Source of the DNA: Antedon mediterranea
Taxonomy: Eukaryota; Animalia; Echinodermata
Direction of reading: 5' to 3'
Length of the DNA: 64,000 bases
Assembly (NCBI RefSeq): GCF_964355755.1
Contig: NC_092670.1
Span: 14,990,795-15,054,794, forward strand
A program made the position numbers and the translations under genes. Positions 40,901-52,430 of this stretch are shown piece after piece. Within the stretch, counting starts at the first letter, position 1; the number at the start of each line of letters is the position of its first letter. Below the pieces are notes generated by a model that was given only the letters and a program-made list of their open reading frames with translations, did not search any database and was not told where the DNA came from.

Positions 40901-43900
40901 GCGCATTTCTCAGCTTTCACTCTGAGACCATACTTGTTAAATCTCTCAAATAGTTTCTCAAGATTACTAATATGCTCTTTATCAGACGCACCTGTAACAA
41001 GAACATCGTCCATGATCGCACATGTTCCTTTAAGTCCTGCTATCACCTGTTCTATGAATCGCTGCCATATGGCTGGACTGGACGAAATACCAAACGGTAA
41101 CCTCGTGTATCGATATAATCCGCGGTGCGTGTTGATCGTTACCAACTCTTGCGCCTCGTCTTCCAGTACTAACTGCTGGTACGCACATTTCAAATCAATC
41201 TTAGAGAATCGCTTTCCACCTCCCAACTTGGTGAAAACTTCCTCTGGGGTCGGAATTGGATATTGGTCGCAATTTAAACTCGGGTTGACTGTTACTTTAT
41301 AATCTCCGCAGACACGTACCCTGCCATCGGCCTTTGGAATACATACCAATGGGGTTGCCCACTGACTAAAGTCTACCGGATAAATAACTCCTTCGTTTTG
41401 CATTCTGTCTAACTCTACCTCAACTGCGGAGCGTAGCGCAAATGGAACATTTCGAGCTTTGCAGAATTTTGGGATTGCGTTCACTTTTAGATGTAATGTC
41501 GCTTTGTGTCCCTGAACCGTACCTAATTCCGTTCGGAAAACTTCTGGGAACTTCCGTTTGAATGACTGACCGACATCGTTATCTATTTCTACCGAATTCT
41601 GAGCAAGCGATGGTGGAAATAATGACTTCCAGTCCAACTTAATCACTTCTAACCAGGTTCTTCCAAGCAAGGGTGGTGAGTTTCGTCGCTGTGTTCTCAC
41701 TACTATCAGTGGGAGAACGTTACTCTGGCCCCTATAGTTCACGGTGACTTTAATTTCTCCTGCTATATCGAGCTTAGTACCTGTGTATGCGTGAAGTGTA
41801 CGTTTTACTGACTTTAATGGTAGATGGCAAAGCTTGCTTTCGTAATCGTCAAAGCTAATTATCGATACTGCTGCGCCCGTATCTACTTCAAAATCAATAT
41901 CTATATCATCAACTCGCATCTGTACCGTTCTTGGTGGTACCGAATTGTCCTGCTTAATGCCTACGCAAAACATTGTATCTACAAAATCGTCATTACCTTC
42001 GTCGTAATCCGGTGCTTCTACTTGCTTGATGGATTTAGGTTTATATTGTTTTGTTGATTTACTCGACTGCCTGCATTCTGATTTTAGGTGTCCTTGTTTG
42101 TTGCATTTAAAGCATGTAGCGTTTTTGTATTTACACGTATCTCTTGTATGATTGTTCATACCACAGCGGTCACATTTCTGCGTTCGTGTTAGGTTTGACG
42201 CTTGATAAGTTTTCGTAGACTTCCTGCTGTTAGACGTAACGTGGTTGATTGGCTTGTCCACATCGTGCGACATACTTTTCATATTCGCTGTTGCTGCCTC
42301 CGAGGCTATGGCTATGTCTGTTGCTTCCTTGAACGTATGGTTCTTTGTCAATAATTTCTTTTGGATGCTCTGACTTATTAGTCCACATACGAACTGATCA
42401 CGCAGTGCGTTTTCCAATGCCTCTCCTTCAAAACCACAATGTATCGCCTTTTTCTTTAGATGGGATACAAATTGAGAAATAGTCTGTCCCGGTGTCTGTT
42501 TTACATTTCTGAATATAAATCGTTCAGAAATCGTTATTCGAGTAGGTTTGTAATGCTCTTTGAGCTTGGTTGTGAGCGTATCGTACGATTTTGTACTTGG
42601 TTTATCAGGAAAACACAAATCTCGTATCGTTGTGTATCCAGTCTCTCCTAAACTACTCAATAATATCGCTCTTTTCTTACCTCCGTCATTGATATCTAAT
42701 GCCACAAAATATTGTTCCAGCCTGTCCACATACGTATCTATGTCTCCATCCTGGACGTTGAATTCCTCGAATAGAATTCTGGTATTAGCCGCTGCCATTA
42801 CCGCGCTTCGCTCTGTACGTTCAGGGCGCTCAGAATCGTTATTAGCCTGTGCGGTTCCTTGGTTACGGTTGCCGTTGTTGGAAAATCAAAAACTGCTAGC
42901 CTAGGCCTAGTTTTATAATATTATTATACTTCCGTTTCTCTCTATGTAAATGTGCCTGTATCCTCGTCGCCAGTGTCGTGTATCGTCGTAGACAAATTAA
43001 TAAGTACGTTGAGATGAGTATAATAATGAACGTATTTAATGAAACCAACTAGTAGTCATGAACAATAGTATAGAACGTTTTGTAGGCTAACCTCGTCAGA
43101 CCATATGCGCAGTACGCATATATATATGTGCGCGTGCATATACTACAGTATACATGTGCCTATTGCCTGAATAGACGTGCGTATTCAAACAGCAAGCAAT
43201 CAACAAAAACGATCATAGTTCATACATTTTGATTTACATGGAGCTGCGCTATCAATATTTTACTATCATTCGCCGGCTTCTTCCTGGGCCCTACAACCCC
43301 TCCTCCACAACAACCACTATGAAATAAAGTAAGTCGTGTAGAAATACTTTAGTTAAAGCTACTAAACTAATCCCTCCATAAGTCATAAATTGGCTGTGTG
43401 ATTTACACCATGGAGGTATTCCATGTTTACACACGTCTATTCAGGCGATAGGCACATGTATACACCCTTTTTGACAATTAAGGCGTGCCATACGTTATTA
43501 ACAATATTGACGATACTGGCGGCCGAAATGAACAATACATATTTTGTCTTTTTTGGCGTTTCATGATTTTGGGCGTTCCATAACCGGCGGCCGAAATGAC
43601 TGGCGGCCGAAATGATCAGACACCCCCTTCTGGCCCTATACTAACTAGGGCCTAGGCTAGGCCTATTCTGTTGGTCGGTGTCTGGTCATATTATAATGAT
43701 GTTCTGATATCTGATTGGTCAGTTATGGCTGTTCCACTTTACCACCTTAAATGAAATATTGGCACCACAACTAAAATCTCTATCTTGTCAACAATTGGAA
43801 AATATGAATATGATATGCCATACTTAGGCTATAGTACTACTACTAGTCAGATGTCAGATGTCATATTCAACCATCCCTGACCAATAGAATGAATTGTAGT

Positions 43901-46900
43901 GTACACCAAAATATTAGTGACAGAATACTATAGGCTTTCGTTTTCGTTTTTACAACACAATCACTGTTACAATTCTGTACGTGTACTTTAGCCTAGACTT
44001 ACTAACAACTAATTTTTCTGTGGCCCCTTAAAATTTAACAGCCAATATCTTTTTAAAATAAAATGATGAATATTTTTATTTTTCTGCAACCCAATGGATC
44101 ATTTTTATCATTTATGAAATATTTAGCCCCCTAATCTGTAAAGTTGGATCCACCCCTGAATAAAATGTAAGCCTATTCTTGTTGTCATTTATAGTTGGAG
44201 AAAGGTAATGAATTGTGACTGACCTCCTTTATATATCTTATACACTACAGTTGACTGATGATGTTGCATCTCGTTTGAATTCTGGAATCACCAAGTTGGT
44301 TGCTAAATTTGACACTGGAGTCCAAACAGACGCTAGTAGTGATAGAGATTATTCCATATATACTGGGAAAACTGGTATGGTACTGTTGACAGCAAAATCA
44401 GTTATCAGTTATCAGGTGGTCAGTTTCCTAGACACTTCGGCATAATTGATCTATTGCTCATGCACTTGATGTGCTAGTATTTGTATTAATGTTCTTTGAA
44501 CAAAAATGACTCCTCCACAAGAGGAGACTGTGCAGTAGTTTGGTAATAAATGTCTAAAGCTCAGTCTACACTACCAAACTTTATGTGACAAAAATATATG
44601 GACATGATGATGTCATATCACTATCACATTTGAGCATATCACCACCATATTTGGGCACATCACGCTCTTTTTTTATAGTGTAGACAGAGCTTCTTTACAC
44701 AACATTCACGGCATATTTGGTCATGTGATCCACAGGTTCTGTAAAGCATACGATTCCCACTAGCGACGCAATGTAAGAAAATGTCCTTCCATTGTGGATT
44801 TTCCTCGTCTGCATGAAATCAAACCTGCTTGGTTGTGCATCAGTGTTAGTTGTTCAGCAAAGTTTGCAGCACTGTTACATTGTGTTCTACTTGGAACCTT
44901 GCTTAAACCAAACTAGACTAGACAAAAAGGCAGTCATTTCTACCCTTATTACTTTTTTCTATTATACAAACCTCCACAAATAACCTTTCATCATCATTAT
45001 TTCACAGGTATTGCACTTCTTTACTTACACCTACACAATATGTATCCAGATGGGGATTATCTCACAAAAGCTGAAAAATACGTAAAAATATCATTGAAAC
45101 ATTTAAAAGGTCATAGAGTGACCTTCTTATGCGGAGATGCAGGACCCTTAGCAGTAGGCAGTGTGGTGTATGACAAAAAAGGAAACAAACAAAAATCTAT
45201 GGAATGCATACAAAGGTCTATCTGATATTTCCTTAATTGGCAAAAACAATGCATACAGTATATGCAAACAAAACCCAAAGATGGTGATTTGGCAAAAGAC
45301 TTGTGAAGAACCTAGAAGTAACCAGTTCAGATTCCTTACTTCCATGGTCAGAAACATTAAGGATAGACTTGCTCCAAATGTCTTTTTACATTTTGTTGGT
45401 ACCTACCATGTGTGCCAGAATATTTTTTCTTTTTATGAATATTAAGCCAAATTGCAGAACCTTAACTAATTGAATATTAGTACAAAAAAATAAATTCTAT
45501 TTATTCTATAGAAATTTATAAATTTAGTACCATTTTGTTCTTTGTGCAGATTACTTGAGTTAGTTGATATGGCATTAGATTTGAGTACACCAGATGAGCT
45601 GCTGTATGGCAGGTCAGGCTACTTGTATGCTTTGCTCTTTGTAAGACACAACATTGCTGAGGATGTCATACAAAATGACATAATAGAAAAGGTTAGATAT
45701 CTTTTACAAACTATATTAGTGTACTCTCATTCATTTCAGATTATGACATGATTAAAAATAATCTAATACTTAAACATTTAAAACTTGACTGAGACTCTTT
45801 TACACAGGTAGCAAAAGCGATCTTGGATTCTGGAATGTCTTTAGGACGTAAAGTGCAGAGCCAATCACCACTGATGTACAAGTGGCATGACAAGCCTTAT
45901 ATAGGAGCTGCCCATGGCATGGCTGGAATCTTATTTTCACTATTGCAGGTTCTATCTATGTTTATAACTTTCTCAAGAAACTTTCATGATGTTTCTAAAT
46001 CTTCTGTACAGTGTTCTTACTGTTCATACAGTATGCCACTTTCACAACGCCACTACAGTACTACTCTACTGATTTTAAGGTTTTTTGTCAGATACAAGTT
46101 TTCTGGATCCCTCATTAATACCACTCTCTCTCTCTGGTTTGTTCTTGATTCCATTTAGAATGTACAAAGTAGTAGTGATATTATCAGTACTGTACTTGTA
46201 AATCACAAACCAGACTACTAATTTATGCAAAATTGCAAATTCTTCCTTTTCTTAAAGTACTTTATGAAGATCAAACCATTTGTTTCAGTCAAATGGCTCT
46301 CAATTTGTAAAGTTGAATACTTTGGTTGCCACTTCTGTAGGTGGATCTACCAGCTGTTACTAGTAGTCTAAGGGAATACATACAACCTACTATTGATTAC
46401 GTGGCAACACTGCAATTTCCTTCCGGAAACTTTCCATCATCACTTGGAAATGATAAGGATCGCTTGATACACTGGTGTCATGGTGCTCCCGGAGTTATTC
46501 ATCTGATGCTTCAGGCTTACAAGGTAGACATTATTTATCTAGTATGGAGTTGATTTTGCCTAACCTATATGCACTGAAAAGTTTTTTTCATTCATTTCAT
46601 TGTAGCATAATCTTTCATGTATTTGACATGACATTCACTTATTAATAATAATCTTATATATCGCCTAATACAATGTTTCCAAGTGCTTTACACACAAAAT
46701 TAATCCATAAAATTGTCTAAAGCATAGGAACCATATACACCGCTCTGTTCTCCAGCACTTTGAAGCTCCCTTATGAGAGCTCGCCGTATTCACAGCTCAA
46801 TTGAAAAAAGCATCTGTCTATCCTATCCTACCAAAATAAGAAAATGATGTTGAACAGAACAATATCAATCAACAATAAGGGTGCACTGTTAAAGACACCT

Positions 46901-47951
46901 TCCCTACGTTTTTTAGATCTAATTTAAGATCACAAACTATATTTAATGTAAAAATAATACTATATGGTCCTATTGCGATAACTTTTTTCATCTTTAAATG
47001 GTTAAAAATGTGAAAAATAAGTCGATTCTAATAATTATGTTTTGAACAATCAACAGAAGTTTGGTGATCAAAAATATCTCAATCAAGCAGAAAAATGTGG
47101 CGACATTATCTGGTCAAGAGGTCTTCTTCGGAAAGGCTATGGCCTTTGTCATGGCACTAGTGGAAATGCCTACGCCTTCATTGCATTGTACCAGACTACA
47201 GAAGATAAAAAACATCTACATAGAGCCTGGAAGGTACAGAAAGCTATGCAATTAATTACATGTGTATCTTTGTTGACTTTGGTGTAGTATAACCCCTCTT
47301 GACTACCAGAATCCTAGCCTATAATCGAGGACTCCAATGTGCAGCTTGGTTGAATACCAAATGAACTTCATTCTGTTTTTATGGCAGTTTTTGTGACAAA
47401 TGTAAATGAAATGCTGTACATAACTTTAGATTTTAATTACAGGTTTATGGTCTATACCGACACCGCTAACAATAAAGCGTGTTTTTTAGTTTGCAGAATG
47501 GTGTTTGGACTATGGCAGGCATGGCTGCAATACACCCGATCGACCTTTTTCTTTATTTGAGGGTAAGTGGTCTAAAATCTTCTATGTTTTACACATCATA
47601 CTTATCCAAATAAAGCAGGCCAGTATGTTTACACTTTCAGCATCATGGGCCCAACATTCATGCACCCTTGACAGTGCAACTACTACTACTATTTCGTTAC
47701 ACATTTCCTTTAATTTCTGATAAAACATGCCAATACAATTTAAGAAGTTACCTTTTTTTCTTTCCTTCATTCATGATCTAGTGATAATCTCCTCCAATAA
47801 AAACAGACCCTTTTAAATATTCAGTTTCTGCAAAACAAAAAAGATGCTTAACTTATTATTTTTCTCTCTTTCAGGTATGGCAGGAGCTATTTATTTTCTT
47901 AGTGATTTTCTTTGTCCAAAGAAGGCAAAATTTCCAGCATTTTATATTTAA
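37944..47951 (+). CDS. LANCL2: LanC-like protein (LANCL1/LANCL2 family)
   Basis: Nine exons: 37944-38033, 44251-44374, 45008-45215, 45550-45691, 45808-45948, 46341-46523, 47057-47233, 47490-47562, 47875-47951. Motifs REFPN, YTG, TFLCGDAGPLAVG, PDELLYGRSGYL, YIGAAHGMAGI, HWCHGAPG, KGYGLCHGTSGNAY, PDRPFSLFEGMAG, KFPAF. The symbol is nominal: the invertebrate gene is likely co-orthologous to LANCL1 and LANCL2. Confidence 0.92.
38395..43147 (-). mobile_element. Full-length Ty3/Gypsy LTR retrotransposon (Mag-clade-like)
   Basis: 174-bp LTRs (38395-38568, 42974-43147) with TG..CA ends differing at one base; PBS TGGCGACGAGGAT (42972-42960, complementary to the tRNA-Ser(GCT) 3' end); PPT AGAAAGGAGGAG (38580-38569); single ORF. 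Confidence 0.97.
38812..42798 (-). CDS. Gag-Pol polyprotein (gag, 2 CCHC knuckles, protease, RT, RNase H, integrase)
   Basis: 1328-aa ORF: CDRCGMNNHTRDTC and CFKCNKQGHLKSEC, VDTGA, LPFG..IMDD, DAS..E..TDHKPL, HHCC, D..SDNGPQF..NGAAER, in PR-RT-RH-IN order. Confidence 0.97.
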   Translation of the reverse strand: MAAANTRILFEEFNVQDGDIDTYVDRLEQYFVALDINDGGKKRAILLSSLGETGYTTIRDLCFPDKPSTKSYDTLTTKLKEHYKPTRITISERFIFRNVKQTPGQTISQFVSHLKKKAIHCGFEGEALENALRDQFVCGLISQSIQKKLLTKNHTFKEATDIAIASEAATANMKSMSHDVDKPINHVTSNSRKSTKTYQASNLTRTQKCDRCGMNNHTRDTCKYKNATCFKCNKQGHLKSECRQSSKSTKQYKPKSIKQVEAPDYDEGNDDFVDTMFCVGIKQDNSVPPRTVQMRVDDIDIDFEVDTGAAVSIISFDDYESKLCHLPLKSVKRTLHAYTGTKLDIAGEIKVTVNYRGQSNVLPLIVVRTQRRNSPPLLGRTWLEVIKLDWKSLFPPSLAQNSVEIDNDVGQSFKRKFPEVFRTELGTVQGHKATLHLKVNAIPKFCKARNVPFALRSAVEVELDRMQNEGVIYPVDFSQWATPLVCIPKADGRVRVCGDYKVTVNPSLNCDQYPIPTPEEVFTKLGGGKRFSKIDLKCAYQQLVLEDEAQELVTINTHRGLYRYTRLPFGISSSPAIWQRFIEQVIAGLKGTCAIMDDVLVTGASDKEHISNLEKLFERFNKYGLRVKAEKCAFVQKEVVYMGRKLSAAGIQPTNDKVKAIKDARAPQNATELRSWLGLVNYHASFIPRLSTMIHPLNELLGSKPWSWTVDCSKAFNAVKRIISEDMMLTHYDPLKPLELYTDASPYGVGAVICHVNENNIKTPIAYASRSLHKHEKGYAQLDKEALSIMFGLQRFRTYLYGRKFTIRTDHKPLERILGPKSAIPTLAAQRLQRWAIVLSAFEYDLKFIPGKQNVIADALSRLPMPYEGREDDAVYNIAGHTLDNLPVTSTNVQQHTRKDPLLSKVLYMVQTGLWQSENDDDLKPFLHRRDELSVEQDCLLWGYRVVIPPKLRGAVLEELHCAHPGIVRMKEIARSHVWWPQIDSDIERLVKQCQACHQTQSRPSVAPMMPWIWPNQPWTRINIDYAQKDKRDYLVVVDSYSKWPEVVQMNSTTSAATIKAMRELFSRYGLPVQLVSDNGPQFVSDEFEFFLKQNGVKHVKVAPYHAASNGAAERMVQSFKRSLAASRANGKDFQQCLDRFLLSYRTTKHATTGQTPAKLFMGRELRTRVSLLHPSTENKVLNKQSDQKLHHDKTKDLREFYPGEMVLVKDFRQEGKWWPGTVIERTAPKSYVISVEDGRVWKRHIDQLKATDADAYASKTPTSHSELEHKIKQTVPITIASETIANKEQTSTNQPVEEEHRLSSSPEVIPRRSTRLRRKPTRLIEEI
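44555..44692. mobile_element. Harbinger-like MITE family A copy in LANCL intron 2
   Basis: TAA-AGCTCAGTCTACACTA ... TAGTGTAGACAGAGCT. Confidence 0.75.
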
Positions 47952-48426
47952 CTATGTACTTACTAACATAACTTATTCTGTATTGTTGTCTGGATGATTA
48001 TGTATACCACGACTGCTATGACAAACCAGTTATTTTGACTCCTAGTATAAACATTTAAAAAAATTTTAATTTACAAATTGTTTAGTAAATGTAAATACAC
48101 ATACATACGTAGATACACTTACACATCTAGAAAAATCAATAAAATGTCAAACAAATACAATTAAAGAATCTGTCTGTTTGTGTGCAGCATACTTTGTCAT
48201 TGATCTGGAAATTGCAAGTGCAGTTGGAGAGTATAACAATATACATTCTTGCATCAATGACACTGTAGAGAGGAATAGTGAAATAATTTTATTGTAATAT
48301 CATCCTAATGATAAGTGATAATATGGAGCTTCTGTCTGGACATAAAAACCACCAACAGTATGTCGAGGAAAATAGTCAAGAAGCAATGTGCTAAATTCCA
48401 ATGAATTAACATGACCTACATTGTTG

Positions 48427-48599
48427 AACTCTGTCTACACTATCAAACTAGTTTGACAAAAAAGTGTGTGATCATTTTTTTGTCACATAGTTTAGGTTTG
48501 TAATATAAAACTTATGATGGTTATCAAAAGTTAACTTTGCAGATAACTGAAATAAATTGATCAATCAAAATAAAGTATGATAGTGTAGACTGAGCTTTA
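48427..48599. mobile_element. Harbinger-like MITE family A copy
   Basis: CTCTGTCTACACTATCA ... TGATAGTGTAGACTGAGCT-TTA. Confidence 0.7.
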
Positions 48600-49029
48600 G
48601 TCGTAAATTAAAAGGTTCCTAATATGGAGTATGGGGTTACAGACAAAGTCTGAAGAACATGAAAGGCTGACTAAAATAAAGAATAAAATGGTGTTTGTGG
48701 TCAAAATATTATAACATTTATTGAGTTAGTGCATCATTAGCATGAATTGACAGAAAAAAAATGTAAATAAATAACACCCATACAGCTTCTTCATTTCAAT
48801 GATTCCTTTCTTGATTAAGATTTTCAGAATTAAATAAACTATGACTGTGTTGGTAAAAACAAAATTAAAACTTGGTTCCTACTTGGCTGCAGCGCAAGGA
48901 TGTAAGCGAAATACTCCCGAGGCAATAGATCATTCAAATTTGTGATTGGTAAACTCACTTACACTTGGGAACCAAGTTTAAGTGACAACATTGCATAAAC
49001 AATGCTATACGCAACCATAGCTCACACAC

Positions 49030-49258
49030 AATTGTCGTATTCGATTGGGAACTTTTGTTGTCAACGTAAAGATTCGTTGAGTACTTTTTGTATTCAAATT
49101 GTAAATTTTTGCTCAACAGAAAGTCATTCGAATAGAAAACGTTGACAACGAAAGCTTTTTCGTTAAGAACAATCTCAACGCTCAAAATACTCCGTTAAAG
49201 AAGTACTCAACAGAAAAACTGTACTCAACGGTGAAATCTAAATCGAATACGACAATTG
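49030..49258. mobile_element. Small MITE
   Basis: TIRs CAATTGTCGTATTCGATT / AATCGAATACGACAATTG, with internal GTTGA/TCAAC repeats. Confidence 0.65.
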
Positions 49259-49516
49259 ATAGGTGCTATTTGGTTAGATAAAACACATAACAGAGTCTTA
49301 ATTACTGTACGGTAAATGACAGTTCCATTGTATTTTTAGGGGTGTTCCTCAATCCTGATACAGGGCTTCTGTCAGTATTATTGAAGAAGTAATCATTGTA
49401 TAGACTACTAATATATACAACAAAAATAAATGAATGTATTCAATAATACTGAAACAAACAACATGATCAAGATATTATGTGAAGTGCATTTTGATCATGG
49501 CAATTCTATGGTAATG

Positions 49517-49760
49517 TTAAAGAAGAACTTTACTCAGAACCATATTTTGACAACGTATTAGGGATGTACATATCAAATTAGCAATTAGTTGTATGTTGAC
49601 AACAGTGAAAACTCATCAGGTAGACATCACAGCAACTTTAGGGGGACGGCCGTACGGTGAACATGCTCAGCGATATCGTAAATCCTCGCAATTGTTCTGA
49701 AATCATATGACATCCCTATTATGTTGTCAAAATATGGTTCTTGGTAAAGTTGTCCTTTAA
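49517..49760. mobile_element. TTAA-flanked Kolobok-like MITE (family C)
   Basis: About 55-bp imperfect TIRs bounded by TTAA; related to 53313-53759. Confidence 0.7.
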
Positions 49761-50557
49761 GGGTGTTTATTATTTTTGATATATACAGCTAATATCAGTT
49801 TTATACAAGTGTTACCAAAATGAATAGATGGTTATATACAAGGTAAAACAATGTGCTCATTACATAACAAAAAAAGTGCATTTTTACCATTATATTTCCA
49901 TATCCTAAAAAAGCAAAATATAATCATATATTCTAACCAATGCAATTTAACTCTTAAATTGATTAAACAGTTGTATTGAAGTAATAACAAGTAGTTTACA
50001 TGCATATGACTGCTCAAGGTGACGTTTCTAACATGATAACAACATGTTAATATCTGAACACTCTCCCCAATTTATGTACAAAAAGACTTGTACCATTTAC
50101 TAACAACTTAACAAACTTGCATTACAATATTCTATAAGATCATGTCAAAATTATCTTAAGTTATTTACTGCAGTAATTTATAATGATTTAGTTTGTTTCA
50201 AAGTAAAAGTTTATGAGGCAGTCACTGATAAACAGGGAATGCTTACCAAAAAACAAACTCATCATTTAATTGCATATTCAGAACAAACCGTAGTTACTGT
50301 AGTAAACAATTTTGACAAGATTATGCTGTTACTGCAGTGAATTGACAGTTACTGCAGTAACAAATTAAAGAGTGTCAACACCATTCTTAATTTGTAACTA
50401 TTTTTAAAGTACAGTATACAATACTGCAAATTGATTTTAACATTGTCAAGTAGTACTTAAAAGTAGTACTTAAAACTAGTACATTTCTTTAATTGCTAAA
50501 GCATTATTTGTTGGTTCTAAAGTTATTTTTTCATTTGCATAATTTTAGTTTTTATTA

Positions 50558-50677
50558 CTGTTTGAGCCAATCAACAACCAGCATTATTATTGGTAAGAAT
50601 GCTGTTTGAGCCAATCAACAACCAGCATTATTATTGGTAAGAATGCTGTTTGAGCCAATCAACAACCAGCATTATTA
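50558..50677. repeat. 44-bp tandem repeat (about 2.7 copies)
   Basis: CTGTTTGAGCCAATCAACAACCAGCATTATTATTGGTAAGAATG repeated exactly. Confidence 0.92.
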
Positions 50678-52430
50678 TAATAAGGAAATTTAAATGAAAC
50701 AAAAACCTTTTTCTCTTAAGCTGGTTTTCAATAATTGTTGTTGATTTGATTGATTCTTTCATTTAGAGACTATTAAAAATGTAATTACAGTATTTATAAC
50801 ATCTAAAATTGTTATCTAAACATTAATGTCAAGCAAAACTCCCGAAAACACTTAAAATACAATGTATTAGTTTACCTGTATCTGTACTACTAATAGTCTT
50901 ACTCATATCAAATTCTCAGGTTATATCACCAATTAATTGTCTTCAATACTCATACAAACAACATTCTTAAATTTACTTTACGAATTATCTTGCTAATAGT
51001 AATACTGCAACATTTAAGCAATTTATTATATTATGGGCTGTTTTCTGTATACATATTATACCTTATTGATACGGTTACATTTATACTTGACCAATTTTTG
51101 TATTAATTTTCTTTTTTATGTTTTCCACAGATGTTTTGATTTTTGTGATGTGGGTAATATACTGATATTACCATTAAAAGCACTGTGCCCGGTGAAAGCA
51201 TGACATGTACATACTTGCACTATTAATTATCAATAATCGTATCATTAAACTAAACAACGTTTTATTGACGTTTTGTTGCAACATGTTTCAAAACTACAAG
51301 GAAAATGTCAATGCAAAGTTTTGCAATTTTTTATACAGTTTCAATTATTTTAGTTTTGTAAAATTTATAACAAGAAAACTGAATTAAACACAGCCAAAGA
51401 TTCTTACTAGTATTCCAAAAATCTTTTCAGAAATATACATTTTGTTTGATTAATTGCTTTACAATGATTTTCTGTAGCCATTCATTGAAGCATTGCATAT
51501 TCTAGTTTTTAACCATTTTGTCCACTTCAATATAGAAAATGTTTGGAATTTATTTTCTCCATCATTTTGAAACTATTGCTATATAACTTTAAAAAGTTAT
51601 ACTTTATGAGATATTGCAATGAATTATAAACATGCACATCTTTTCATAGTAGTTGCTTGATATTCCAGGTAGATTTTCTAACAAAAAAGCACTTTGCCCG
51701 GTGAAAGCATAAAGTGAACAAATCTGGTATAACAGTTTGATTAAAATTCTTAAAACTCTTCACCTTATTTTGCAATTATTCAAGGCATTTTTTTCTTATA
51801 TACTATTAAATCTTTTTCTAACATTCAACAATACAACATTAATTTAAGCAACTACATTAATACCTTTTCTCTACCCTTTTCTTGCTTGATAATATAATCA
51901 AGAATTTACAAACTCGAAAACTTGTTTGGTTTTTGATAAAAACAACATTCTATGGAACTAATTGGATGTGGATCTACGTCTAATAATAGAAGTTGAAACT
52001 GCAAAAGGTATGCACAAAATGTCATAGTAAGTAATAACGTTTGAGAAATTTATATATGGCTATATATATATCCCTAATATTGATATACATATATATAGTC
52101 ATATATAAATGTTCCAGGCGTACAGTAGGAGTAATTCCAAACTGTATACATGTATAATAACTCATGGAATCCTTAAATTATGCGGTAAAAAACCTTTATT
52201 TCTATTTGATTAAAGAATGACATAATGCCCATACCATTTTGAGGTAAACACTTTAATAACCTGGCACCAAATACAAAAAATATTATCACAAAATATAATA
52301 TATAACATACAAATATATTGTCCTATGTCCATTAAAAACAAATTACATCCAAACTTCAACATGTTTGGAGAAAACCCATCTTGAAATTTAACCTGTGACC
52401 ATTTTCTGCACATGTCTAGCCTATGTATTT

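Larger units (their letters stand above)
38226..43624. mobile_element. MULE-like MITE with long TIRs, host of the Gypsy insertion
   Basis: 38226-38390 plus 43148-43190 is the reverse complement of about 43430-43624. GGT..ACC ends, CATTTCGGCCGCC sub-terminal repeats, TSD CCCTTCTG(G) at 38218 and 43625. Superfamily is inferred. Confidence 0.8.

Noticed and set aside
39248-42904. Plus-strand and alternative-frame ORFs within the Gypsy element
   Set aside because: Antisense or overlap shadows of the gag-pol ORF with no recognisable motifs.
37944-47951. Bacterial lanthipeptide cluster or horizontal transfer
   Set aside because: Nine spliceosomal exons, standard animal LANCL motifs, no LanB or precursor peptide.
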